The position numbers were made by a program, and so were the translations under genes. Positions 52,368 to 64,000 of a stretch of DNA of 64,000 bases are shown one piece after another. The stretch is from Chrysomallon squamiferum (Eukaryota > Animalia > Mollusca): contig CM022672.1 in the NCBI GenBank assembly GCA_012295275.1, positions 13,082,001-13,146,000 on the forward strand. Direction: 5' to 3'. The notes under the pieces are model-generated. The model searched no databases and was not told the origin of the DNA. It saw only the letters and a program-made list of their open reading frames with translations. How positions within the stretch are numbered: the first letter of the stretch is position 1; the number at the start of each line of letters is the position of its first letter.

Positions 52368-55300
52368 TCAAACGATTCCTGCATTTTGATTCACATTGCC
52401 GTCTTTTGTGTAAATAACTTCCCAGTCCCGTAAGCTGCAGTTACATAAAAAATTGAAGCTGTTTCCACAGATGCCTTCATCAAACGGGTTGTAGTCGGAG
52501 TCGAGATACGTCAGGTAACTGATGCGTTCACGAGACACTGTCTCCCACGTTGTCATTCCTTTCATCATGAGATAGGAGTGAAAACAAAAGAGGCTGATAA
52601 CAATGAGCCCACTGAATGCCAGAAGAATGAGATCGACAAAGTACACAGCATTTACCTTCAGCCATTCCTCCCATTCCCACTTGTTAATGAAAGCATTCCT
52701 GTAAATACAAAAAAAAAACCACTGAGAAAAAACAGAAGTACATTTTCACGTCTGCTTAAAACTAATTGCTGTTTTCAGGAAACCAATATAAAAATTTAGT
52801 TGTTTGTATTTCATTTACTTTTTTTTGGAGATTTTACAGGAATAGATTTTGAGTTCTATTAAAAAATGATGTAGTTTTTAAGATTCAATATTACCTTTGT
52901 CTGAGGTTTATATTAAAATGACATCATTTTTAGGAAACCAGTTTAAACATCTAAATTATTAATTATTTCTGTTTCATTTACATTTCTGAGATTTAAAAAA
53001 AATCCATTTTCTGGTCTTTTTGAAAATAATGTTGTCTTTAGGAAACCAGTTGAAGAATCTAAGTTACCTTTTGGAGATAAAAAATGTAGTACCATATAGA
53101 TAAATTAAAATGATGCTGTTAACTTTAAAGGCTGAACAGATTATTATATTATTATTATTATTTTTTTTTTTTTAGAAATTGTCACTATTGAAATTAAATG
53201 CAAATTAAAAAGAAAAATACTGATTAAATTTGGCCTTCTTAAACTCAACAATTTCTACAAACAGAAATACACTCAAGCAAATGCAACCATTATACTTTTG
53301 CTATGTCAAATTCAGCTGACTATTTGTAAAATATAATAATTTTCTTCTCGGACAAAATAAACCTTTAAAAATTATTATTTTCTGAATTTATGATAATAAT
53401 CAAAATCAATAAAATTATGAACTGTTGAAATCACTAACCAAGCAATAAATGCACTCCATAACACAAGTACTGACGTCAGTAACAGGAATATCCAGAAAAC
53501 TTTATGATTGCGTTCACCAATGCACGTCTCCAGCCAGGGGCAGTGATGGTCATATCGCCGGACACACCGACCACAGTCTTCACAATGCTTTGATCTCAAA
53601 GGTTGCTAAAAATACAAGCTTATAACTTTAACTGTTTTTTTAAAATACCAGAATGTTTTGGGTGTTTTTTTTTAAAAATAAAACAAAACAAACAACAAAA
53701 CAAAACAAAACAAAACAATACAATACAATACAATACAATACAATACAATAAAATAAAATGGAACTTAACGTTAAATGAAACATAAATAAAATATAATCAA
53801 AATATAAATAAATAAATAAATAAAATGTATTCTAATTTTTGAACTACAGATATAGAGCTATTATATATATCATGTTTAAAAATTTGAAAAATTTTATTCA
53901 ACCTTCCATCTGACTTTTTGATAATTATCAGTTTAAAATAAATTTTATGTATGTGCATGTTTATGTGCACTTAGATAATTCTGGATGAGAAAGAACGGAG
54001 ACACAGAAAAATAAAGTCAATGTGAATGCAAATGTCATTGAACAATTAGCAGAAGAAGAAAGGTAGTTGTAACAGATACTGATACATAATATTGTGGTCT
54101 ATTACAGTGAGAGGTGCAGCCCAATACTTCTGCATCAGCACTCAAGGTTTCTGTTACAGTGACCTCACTGGTCCACACATATCTGGTCTCTACCTTCTGA
54201 CCAGTCCAGCAGGGATGTCCCAAGTGATAGCCAAAGCTCCTATTGGCTTAGTCCTATGTGTCACTGAGGCATACAAACCATCTCACCACATCAAGGAATG
54301 GAACTATGAAGGGATTATCATTATCTACATTTAAGATTTTATTTATAATAAACAAAATAACCAAACCCTGTAAGAGTGTAAAGTTGTTGGTTTTTTTTAC
54401 CTCTATTCCACAGTATTCACAAATATGTTTTTTGTTTTTGTTTTTCTGTGATTTTATCATGTTACTGCTTTCTTCATTGTCACCATCGTCACTTTCTGCA
54501 CTGGTTTCCTCATCCTTCACTGTACTGTATACATTTGATTTATGCTATAAAATGCATAAGAAATATAATTAATAAAAAATTATTTAAAAATAAAAAATAA
54601 ATAAATACATAAAAATAAAAATAATTAAAAAACAAAATTAATTATTATTTGAAGTTAAAAAGTAAAGAAGAAATTAAGACAGTGCAAATTTAAGATAAAC
54701 CTAAATATCATATTTAATTTTATATTTTAAAATGTTTAATCGACCCAAAATATTTGGGTGAATGTCAGTTATTAGTTTAAAAATTTATAAATTACACAAG
54801 CAATAGGAACAAAATACATTTTAGTTTAAACTGTTTTAGAACAATTTTTTATATTTCTGCAAAAACATCTAATGCATCTGTCACTGTTAACAAGATTCTG
54901 GATATAATTATTAAACCTTTTTTGTTTTATGAAGAGGTAGGAATCCAGGATCCATGAAGCATGCTGTGAAATAGGTGATTAATGAACATAGCAGCAAACC
55001 AATGTATGACAATCCATAAGCAAAATTTTTTTCTTCCAAGAGAGATCTGCGTAGATCTGAAAATAGAATTCCAGTTTCTTATGAGTAAAATGACACCACT
55101 TAATTTTATGATAGTGTTTATTTTCATTCTAAACTTACATTATAACCAAGATGCAAGAGATTTACTATTTTATTCCTTCTTAATTTATGTAATCAATAAA
55201 TAATAACAGTACCTACAGCTGATATTTCAATCAGAGATAGGCTACATAAATTTAACTTTCAATGTATATTTAAAGACTTTTTTTAAATGAAAAAATGTGA

Positions 55301-55571
55301 AACTTTTATTAAGTATAGCAATATATTTCAGAATTAACATTTTAAAGAGAAAAAGTGTTCCTTATTAATAATTAAAATGTGCTCAGTATTTACATTACGT
55401 TCCTAAATGGGTGCATCAATATGAAAGAATTAGAAGATTTTATTGACTCGATTTCCCGTTAATTTTGTAATTACCAGTTTCTTTCACCAGTAGTGTGATG
55501 GGTACTCCAATACTCAAAACTGTATGAAAACTTCTAACAAAAATCTTTGCACAATTTTTACAAGCTGACAT
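52368..55571 (-). CDS. ZDHHC12: DHHC palmitoyltransferase ZDHHC12, 5 exons, about 292 aa
   Basis: Exons 55475-55571, 54917-55056, 54401-54544, 53439-53605, 52368-52698. All GT-AG, 879 nt in frame. N-terminus [23 protein letters not shown] is typical of ZDHHC12. [54 protein letters not shown]. Confidence 0.95.
52770..53125. repeat. Degenerate tandem triplication in the last ZDHHC12 intron
   Basis: TTTAGGAAACCA..(T/C)TAA blocks near 52778, 52933 and 53041. Confidence 0.55.
54110..54300 (-). mobile_element. Retroelement remnant resembling the 5' leader of RTE-clade LINEs or derived SINEs
   Basis: GC-richer island. Minus strand CCTTGATGTGGTGAGATGGTTTGTATGCCTCAGTGAC..GGACTGGTCAGAAGGTAGAGACCAGA resembles, from memory, RTE leader sequence. 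Not database-verified. Confidence 0.5.
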
Positions 55572-57350
55572 TCTGTATCAGTGTATGGCTGTAAATCCTG
55601 TCAAACCAGCTACTTTTTTTTCAAATTTCAGTGAAGAACAGCCAAAATTCCAAACAATAAAAGCAAATAGCATTAAAGACATATGAATGACTAATAAAGT
55701 TTTTAAAAGCTTGTTCACCAAGACGCATAAATCATCAAAAATAAAAGTCCGTCATTATTATAATTATTTATTTTGTGTTGTTTTTAAAAATCTGAAATAA
55801 ACACTTCCGCATTTCATCTATTAACTGATCTGTGATCGATAGCCGATTTGGTTCATTTATAAACATATAAATAACGTCATGTCCATAGGATGCATTGTCA
55901 GTTAAACATCTCTTAAATGCAAACACACAGTTATTTCATGTTATCCTATAAATATTTATAATAATGATAATCATAATGCTTTGACAACCATTTTTGTCAA
56001 CTGGTGACTTGACATAGAAGCGTAATAAAACAGAAAGGATTAGTCGTTTTATTGGATATAATCTAAATTCTACCAACTATAAAAAGCACCGTCATTTCTT
56101 TGCTACATTACTTTTAACTTTTATTTTTTATACATTAATGGTTTACTGTTTAAACGTGAAAATATGAGGTCATTTTTCACATAAAGAATAAGTGATAAGA
56201 AATATATGGAATAGTTGATTTTAAAAATATCAAAGTTTTGCGCAAATACTAAAGGTCTAACAGTGGTACACCAGTCCAGAAATATCACAAACGGACCCGT
56301 GTTCCAGAATAGTAAATGTTTTATCAGAACTTCAGAATAATAATTATAATCTGTTGCTTTTGTTCATATATAATAATATAACATGCCAGCTAGTGGCCAG
56401 ATAAAAGTGCTAAGGTTACAATAGCAATCATTTTATGTTTGATTATTTATTATTTAAATATTATACTTTAAAATCCGACGTGATAGTCATGATGTTTGTC
56501 CATTTTCATGAAAGGTAAACGAGAAATGAATATTGTTTTGGCTATTTCAGTTTATTCCTATACATATTTACAGCACATTCCATCACATAACTCTTGAAAA
56601 TTGCTAACGAAATTTCATTAAAGTTTAAGAGTTTAAGATAAAAAAAAAAAAAAAAAGGATCATTAGGTCTACTTACTACGGATTGACCATATTTCTTTAG
56701 CAACTTTTGTGTTTTTATACAGAATATCCTCTCACATCTAGCATTAAATCAGATATTATCGTGTCAAAATGTATCCATACTCATGGTACTGTGATATATA
56801 TATTGTTTGTCATTATTTTATTTAAATATAATTTTTACTAATTGTTGAACTAACATGATGTTATATTTTTATATTATTATTATCATTATTATTATTACAA
56901 TGTGGTGATTATCATTATCGTCGTCACCGTCTGCGAAATAAATATGAGTGAATTTGTGGATTAATTATTTGTATCAAACAAGAATAAAAATATTTCAAGA
57001 TCAAACGAGTTGGGTCAAAGGTCAGTTGGTACCAGCCTCGCTTTCATAAACTGAACTCAACAAGATGGCTGCCACCGAATAAGGGAGGAAGTACCATGTA
57101 AAATATTGATATTTATGTGAAACTGCTTGATTAATATGATACATGAAGGGTTAAATTTCAGTATAACATATGTTCGTGTAAAACTAACTATAAAATATGT
57201 GGATTAATGCCAGCAGGTGCTCTAAGGAAGGCTGAACCTGCGGCTTCGTCCGCGTTGAAAAAGAATGGGGGGTGCGCAGGGGAAAGAAAGCAAACTTAGT
57301 TCCGGAAAATTGAAAGCAAAGACAAAAGAACCCCGAATTTCTTCAGGAAA
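55572..57350. promoter_or_regulatory. Second divergent promoter region (ZDHHC12 / unknown plus-strand gene)
   Basis: CpG-retaining stretch. ETS-like ACTTCCG near 55803, perfect DR1 GGGTCAAAGGTCA at 57012-57024, YY1-like CAAGATGGCTGCC at 57061-57073, GC-rich patch at 57210-57310. Confidence 0.6.
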
Positions 57351-60257
57351 TATATTTGCTGAACATAATGGTGAGCATACTCTACATTTTATATGAATGG
57401 TTTATTCAGAAGTATTCTTCTCGGATCTCTGTTATGATTGATTAATGCTGAACCAATTTTGTCTGAGACTGCTGTCAACAACGTAAGACACTGACAGTGA
57501 CATGTCATAAGTCTGATGTATACATATTTTTAAAAAGAAACTTTGTGACCTGTAATTGCTAGGATATAGCAGATGAATATATTTTCAGAATCTGTTTAAA
57601 TAACCAAAACATTTTGTATTATTTTGACGTTTATTTAATTGAAGATGATTAATATTATTAGTAATACAGATTCATGTTGTGACTTCAGTCGTTTAAGATT
57701 AGGTCAGTCTGTCTAGAACCTATGGGCATACATTATCTTTTCTTATTTAACATTAGATTTATATTTTGGAAACACAATAACAATTATTCTGTTCCATCTC
57801 ATCAAATTATTGAAATCAACATCATTGCACAAATAAATTGAAAGTTGTATTGCAATACCAAGTCCAGGATTTAGTATAATGTGATAATTAGAAATATGTA
57901 ATATTTGTACACAGCTATGTTATTTTTCTTGCTATGGTTTCAATAATTTATTATTGTGTATTTAATTCTGTACAAACTGCCATAGTGTGTAAAAATGTAG
58001 TAAAACAAAACCAAAAAACCCCAAAACAAATGGTGTTATGGACATTTATAAATATAAGAAAATGAACTGCACTTATTTTTCCATTATTAGCAGAAAATTG
58101 CTAATTGAAAAGTATAAAAGAATATATTAATAGTAACATAATTTATTTAATGATTTATGATTTTTTGACACCACTATTTACCCATGTTGTTAAAATTGAA
58201 TCAAGTATTGTTTACAGTTTTCACTGTCAGTTCAAGTTCATATTTTGTTATGCAATAAATTATTGTCATTAATATTATTATGTAAGATATCATCTCTTTC
58301 TGTTTAATTAATTCAGTTTTCTCAGTTGTTAATCAACAGAATCAATATTCCAAGTAGTCACAGTACAAACTTCTTTTTAATACTGTATGAAGATATAACA
58401 GCAATTACTTGAAAAGCAAAACTTCATAATCTGATTTCATGAATAGGAGAAGCATTTGCTTTAGGCATAATGTTAGTAAATGATAATTTACATAACTGAA
58501 TTACATTTTTACATTATTTATAAACTTAGATAATTGTTGAAAGATATATCATTCACTTTCAAACACTTTCAGGTTAATGCACCCCATGACTGCCTTAATA
58601 AATTATATTCCAGTTACTTATGAGAATTCTAAATCCTTTACCATCCCTTATTTAGGGAGAAAACAAATTAATTGCTAAATATTTGTTTTGTGCTTTTGTG
58701 TGTGTGTAAATTAACAGCTACACAAACATAAATATATTTATAAATGTTTTTATAAATATTTCTGAAGATGGAAAAAGAAAAAAAGAAAAAAAAAGAAGCA
58801 AAACCAAGTGAACACAATCTAACAAAAATAATGTTTTGTTTTTGCATTTATGTTTAATTAGGATATAATTGGTGCATGGAAAATGATATTAATGTGAATG
58901 ATTCACACTGATTAAATGTGAATAAAAATCACATTTCAGATTTATACAGAACTAAAAGGAAAGTGAAAATTTACATATACAGACACACACACACAGCCAC
59001 AGATACATGTATATGTTGAACTGTAGTGCATAGCAAATTTGCTGGTATCCCACACACATTATTTAAATATATCTATCTAATAAAAATAATTTATTGTTGA
59101 TGTAATAGGCAGTGCTTGATAACTTCAGGAATGTAAACATGACATATATATCAGTTTAATTAGGAAATGTTCATGTTCTAAAGTATGCATATCTAACTGA
59201 TTTTTTGCAAATATTTTTTTAATAAAAGACATCAGCTGATGCTTATTTTAATGTGTTTATTAATAATTTAATTTTACAAGATAAATATATATTAATAAGT
59301 TGGAAATAATTTCCATATTTAATAAACTAAAATGTTAAGAATTATCAGACAAATCTGTTTTTCTCACAAAATGTAATTATTTTTTTTTAAGTTATAAAAA
59401 TAATTTAAAATAGAAAAAAGCAACAACACCCTCTACCAAAAACAAAAACATATTATAATTTATATCATTTAAATAATTAGATAATGATCTTCAGTTGTTT
59501 ATAGCAAATAATGAATTTGAAAACTAAAGTAAAGATTAATAAGATGTGCAATGAAAAAAACATATCAATAAGTAAACAAATTTCACATAATTGGACATTT
59601 TTCTATTTTTTTTTTTTTTTTTTTTGTCATTATAATGAATAATTATGTTTATATAATTAAAAAACAAAATGGGAAATCATAACAGAGCTTGTTGACTGTA
59701 TCTGCAGCATTTAAAGCAGCCATAAGTATTTGCTCTCCTTTGACCTGTGATATAGGCCTACACCAGAGGATTAAAATATGTCTCAAAATATGTGATTTAT
59801 GATATATGCATGTCGAATGTTTGAACACAGTAGTTGCATGATGTCTGTACATAACAAAATATACATCCATACTTTCTCCCACATGACAGAGATATTATTT
59901 TCAAAGAATTAAGATGGAAATTTGTGAGATTTTATAAGCTATTTTTAAATGTGTGTGCATGTATATATTTAGATATATATATATGTTAAAACAGTGGACA
60001 TGGATATACAGTAAATCACCATTTATCTATATTATCTATAAATCATAACAGTTATGTATGTAAATGTTTGCTGTTAGAATGTCATATTTGTAATGCTGAT
60101 GTAAGATCATTTTGAAACAAGTATTGGATTGTGATAATTGTTTACAGTGGTGTACAGTTTAACTGAAATGAGTTTATAATTCAGAACAATTTGAAATTTG
60201 GTTCTTCCTATCAAATCTGGACACTCCAAAAAATTTGTTATTTATTATTAAATTTGC

Positions 60258-60292
<35 letters not shown>

Positions 60293-60804
60293 AAAACAAT
60301 GGACACACACATATATATATTATTTGTATCAAATTAAATAAAACTGTTAAATATAAAAGCAAGGAAAGTTACTTTTTGCTTTTTATAATTCACAGTATGC
60401 ACACATATGTGGATAACATTATAATAATGTATGATTCATTGTCATAGATATTGTAATAGAGACATTTAGGAATTTAATCCCCTGCTCTTACTTTGATTTG
60501 AAAAAAAATTAGAATGAAACACAAGATTACTTCCTGAATGTTGGTATTTTGTGTTTATCTTATTTTAAGAAATGTTATCTTTGAAGTAAGTTCCTTGATT
60601 GTACTGTCCTCTCAGTGACTTGGATTTTTTGTTGTTGTTGTATATATTTATGCTTGTTAATACAAAACTTACATGCTAAAACCTGAACTGAAAACCTATG
60701 CTGACCTCCTACCATCTTGAAAATACAATGATTGATGTTTGTTTTTACTTTTCCTTACCACAGATTTGACATTAACAGTTATTTAAATAACTATTTTGTG
60801 TGTT

Positions 60805-60850
<46 letters not shown>

Positions 60851-63800
60851 TTTCAACTATTAAAAGTCTGTTGTGACATATGCACTATGCTTTGACTGTT
60901 AATTTGAAAATATTATTGCTTTAAATTCAACTTTTATTATATTTTTTTCAGAATGACAAGCATTAGGTATTTTAATGGTTACAGTGTTGAAAATAATAGA
61001 ACAGGCCATGGTGACTTCTGTGGAATTGGCAAAATTAGTTATGACTCAGAATTACTTTTATTTATTTACGTGATCAGCAATATTACTCCTATTCATGTGT
61101 GTGTGTGTGTGTGTGTCAGCTAACTTTATCAACTGGTTTAAGCACATTTGTGTTATCAATTAATATGCTTTAAACCTAGATGCATTGCATTGTTTGTGCA
61201 AAATGGGTGTGTGTGTAAAGAAGTGCTTTCTCATTTAAATAAATTACCTAAATCATATATTGATATTTGGTCATTTTTATTTTTATAATTATTTTTTCAA
61301 AGGATCCATGTTGGTCTTAAAATTGGTCCATGATGCTCATAGATTTAATAATGATTTTAATAACATTGTTGGACAAAAACATTTTACATAGGTTTAACTT
61401 TATATAACTAACTTTAAGAATAAAGTTATCTCAGTCCATAAAAATGTGACATGCCCTACAGCTAAGGTTGTGTTCATAACTGACTGCAAGTGATTTTCAT
61501 TTTTTTATGTGTTATTCAGCAGTGTGTAAAGATTAAACAACCAGTACATTTTTATTTTTTAGAGTTTATTATCTATAAGAAACTAAATATTTATTTCAGG
61601 CAAAAAAATCAAAAAAAATAAAATAAAATAAAATATATATATATTATTTTATTTTACTTTTTCAATAATAAAATGAAGATGATGTCTGCAGAAGCTGGAG
61701 ATAAGCCATGACACATGAAGCTGATTCCAGAAGTAAAATATGTGTCTGAAAGAATTGTTTATTTTGCCCCAGGCTTTATTTATCTGTTTTTAATATAAAA
61801 AAAAAATTATGGATGTAATAGTGTCAATGACTTTGAACAATTAAGGCAACAGTATTTAATGTATACATACCAGTAAGGAATGCTGTTAAAAAGAAATGTT
61901 ATAATTCTAAGGTCAAATGTGTTCAACCATGTTATTCTTTCTTTCTTTCTTTCACTGGCAATTTATATTTTAATGTACTACGGCTTTTAACGGTTTGAAG
62001 AGTGTTCTGTTGCTTGTTCATTGAAACATGGAGTGTGGAATATAGTCTGTTATTTTATTATTCTGCAATAATTGTTAGTTATCAGCGGATTTTGTTTATC
62101 TGAGTGTCTTATAGCCTGTTGTTTAGTTGTAGCTGGGAAGGATTAACTTTAAAATTACTTCCAGGTGGTTACATTGCCTTTATTAGATGAACATTCACAA
62201 ATTAAGCAATGTTGTTGTTGGTCTGTTGAGTTGAATTACTTCCCATGTTTGTTTGTCTATTTATGTTGACTGTTACATAATATATTCATCTGTAAACATG
62301 TATGCACACATACATAGATATTTATAAACAAATACACCAAACATATCTAGTTCTGTTGAAAAAGAGATTAACAAAGAGATGATATAATTGCAAGTGGGTT
62401 TGTTTTAAGTGACTAAGCACTTAACACTTTAAAAGCAATATATACTGTCAGCATTTGTAATCTATTTTGAATGAGCAGATAACTGTTTAGTGAAATTCAA
62501 GTGAAATATATTTTTACTTTGCAGTTAGCATAAATTATATTTAAAATGGACAGTGCAAACCTCAGATATTTCTTATATATGTCAATGCTGTGAAACAGGA
62601 TAGAAAGAGAAAGAAAGGATAAGGCAATATAATTATATTTTATACATAGAGTCTAGACCATTTAAGTAGCTTCCTCTTTTACTGATCTATGTAGCTGAAT
62701 AACTTACATTTTTGTAGCAGTTTTAGTTGTTTCCCATTCACATGCTCTGTATTCTTCAGACAGTTTTTTGATATTTGAGACCAAAATTCTGATGTACCCA
62801 TTGATTAAATGGAGTTTGACATAGATAAACCAAGGTGCTTGTATAATCCTTCAGTATACTATATCAGCACTTGCAAAAATAGTTATTCTTTTTCTTTTTT
62901 CTTTTATTTATTTTTACTGAAAATTATTCCTGTGAATTAACTGTTGCTGATCATGTAATTGTCATTGAGCTGTTTATGTTTACTGAACATTATAAAACAC
63001 ATTCGTTTTGTACAAATGGTCGAGGTTCTGGTAAGAACTATATAATTCAAATTTAACATGTGAAAAGTGCAGTTTATTAAATTATGAATAACACTTCTTA
63101 AAATTTTATTTTATAAATTTGTCACCAATGTATACACATGCAGATTTTTAAATGCATTTTTATTTCACATAAACATATACAGCCTTTCAGCAGAACCACA
63201 TGTAGATTTACATACAGCATGAAAGTTACTGCACTTTGCAAGCTATAAGTGTACTGTTGCCATGTTGTGAAGAATAACTGGTGGTGTAAATAATTGATGG
63301 TCCTGTGAACAATATATCCAGCATGCTATTTATGGCTAGCCATGAACTGACAATTCTGTATGTGACCGAGTTTGATATTTATAATAGTATTCAGTGTTAT
63401 GCTTGTCAGATAACTTCCCAAATGTTACTGTATATTTAAAATTTATGAAGAATAAGATCTTATACATATCAGTTGTTACAGATATTGTATTTGTGTATTG
63501 CAAGAAAATCTTACACAGTACTGAATAATTAGCAAATGGTTTACAGTATGAAGAAACCAGTTTTTCTTAAACTATTTCAAGAAATTTCTATCACCAGCCA
63601 CTAAATTTCCTTATGTTTTTGTAACTGTCATATTCCATTCTCTGAGGCTTCATTCACCCTTGGTTGAACCCCATTCAGAAACTGAAGAAGCACTGGAATA
63701 AACAATAAGTCTATTGTAGAAATTCAAGAGTAAGCAAATTCTGTAAGTGATGAAGATATAATTATTATATTTATCTCACTGATTTTTTGGCAGTGTGTCT

Positions 63801-64000
63801 TCTAGACACGAACAACTCACATTTATTGTAAACTTCTCCCATCAGCAAAAATAGCATTTCGTTACTTAATCATATTATCAGCATACTTTTACTACAATAA
63901 TCATGTCTGGGCCTCCAAGCTGAACAGAGGAACATGTGTATATAACTTTAAGTGTTGTTTGCATTGAATCATGTTTCAGGTATGAACAGCACCTTTGAGG
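57040..64000 (+). other. Probable 5' end (non-coding exon(s) and long first intron) of an unidentified gene continuing beyond the window
   Basis: YY1-like motif then CAT|GTAAAA donor at 57098. Candidate 15-nt exon 60952-60966. Candidate acceptor plus ATG (MNSTFE..) at 63980-64000. No recognisable protein. Confidence 0.35.
60810..60848. repeat. (GT)n microsatellite
   Basis: Read directly. Confidence 0.95.

Noticed and set aside
3722-55571. Functional 'innate immunity cluster' of USP20, STAT and ZDHHC12
   Set aside because: Only loose functional links from mammals; adjacency in a eukaryotic genome is not evidence of a shared system.
62409-62419. ARE-like GTGACTAAGCA
   Set aside because: Isolated intronic match with no known target context; it shows such motifs can arise by chance.

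Overview
AT-rich, microsatellite-dense animal genomic DNA. The composition and gene style look lophotrochozoan, possibly a cephalopod, but that is inference only. Four multi-exon genes were reconstructed by hand from GT-AG splice sites and frame continuity: (1) USP20/USP33 deubiquitinase, minus strand, 21 coding exons, about 991 aa; (2) GCLM, plus strand, 7 exons, about 270 aa, head-to-head with USP20/33 and flanked by ARE motifs; (3) a highly divergent STAT, plus strand, 19 coding exons, about 920 aa, carrying two apparent 1-nt frameshifts in A-tracts, a probable spliced uORF and an upstream GAS/ISRE/kB motif cluster; (4) ZDHHC12 palmitoyltransferase, minus strand, 5 exons, about 292 aa. A fifth transcription unit probably starts near 57.06 kb and runs off the window. 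Introns hold several non-autonomous DNA transposons, a retroelement remnant, and degenerate tandem repeats that repeatedly contain a copy of the adjacent splice site. The most interesting signals are the divergent, possibly interferon-like-inducible STAT locus and the splice-site-anchored repeats. Most ORF-track entries are spurious.
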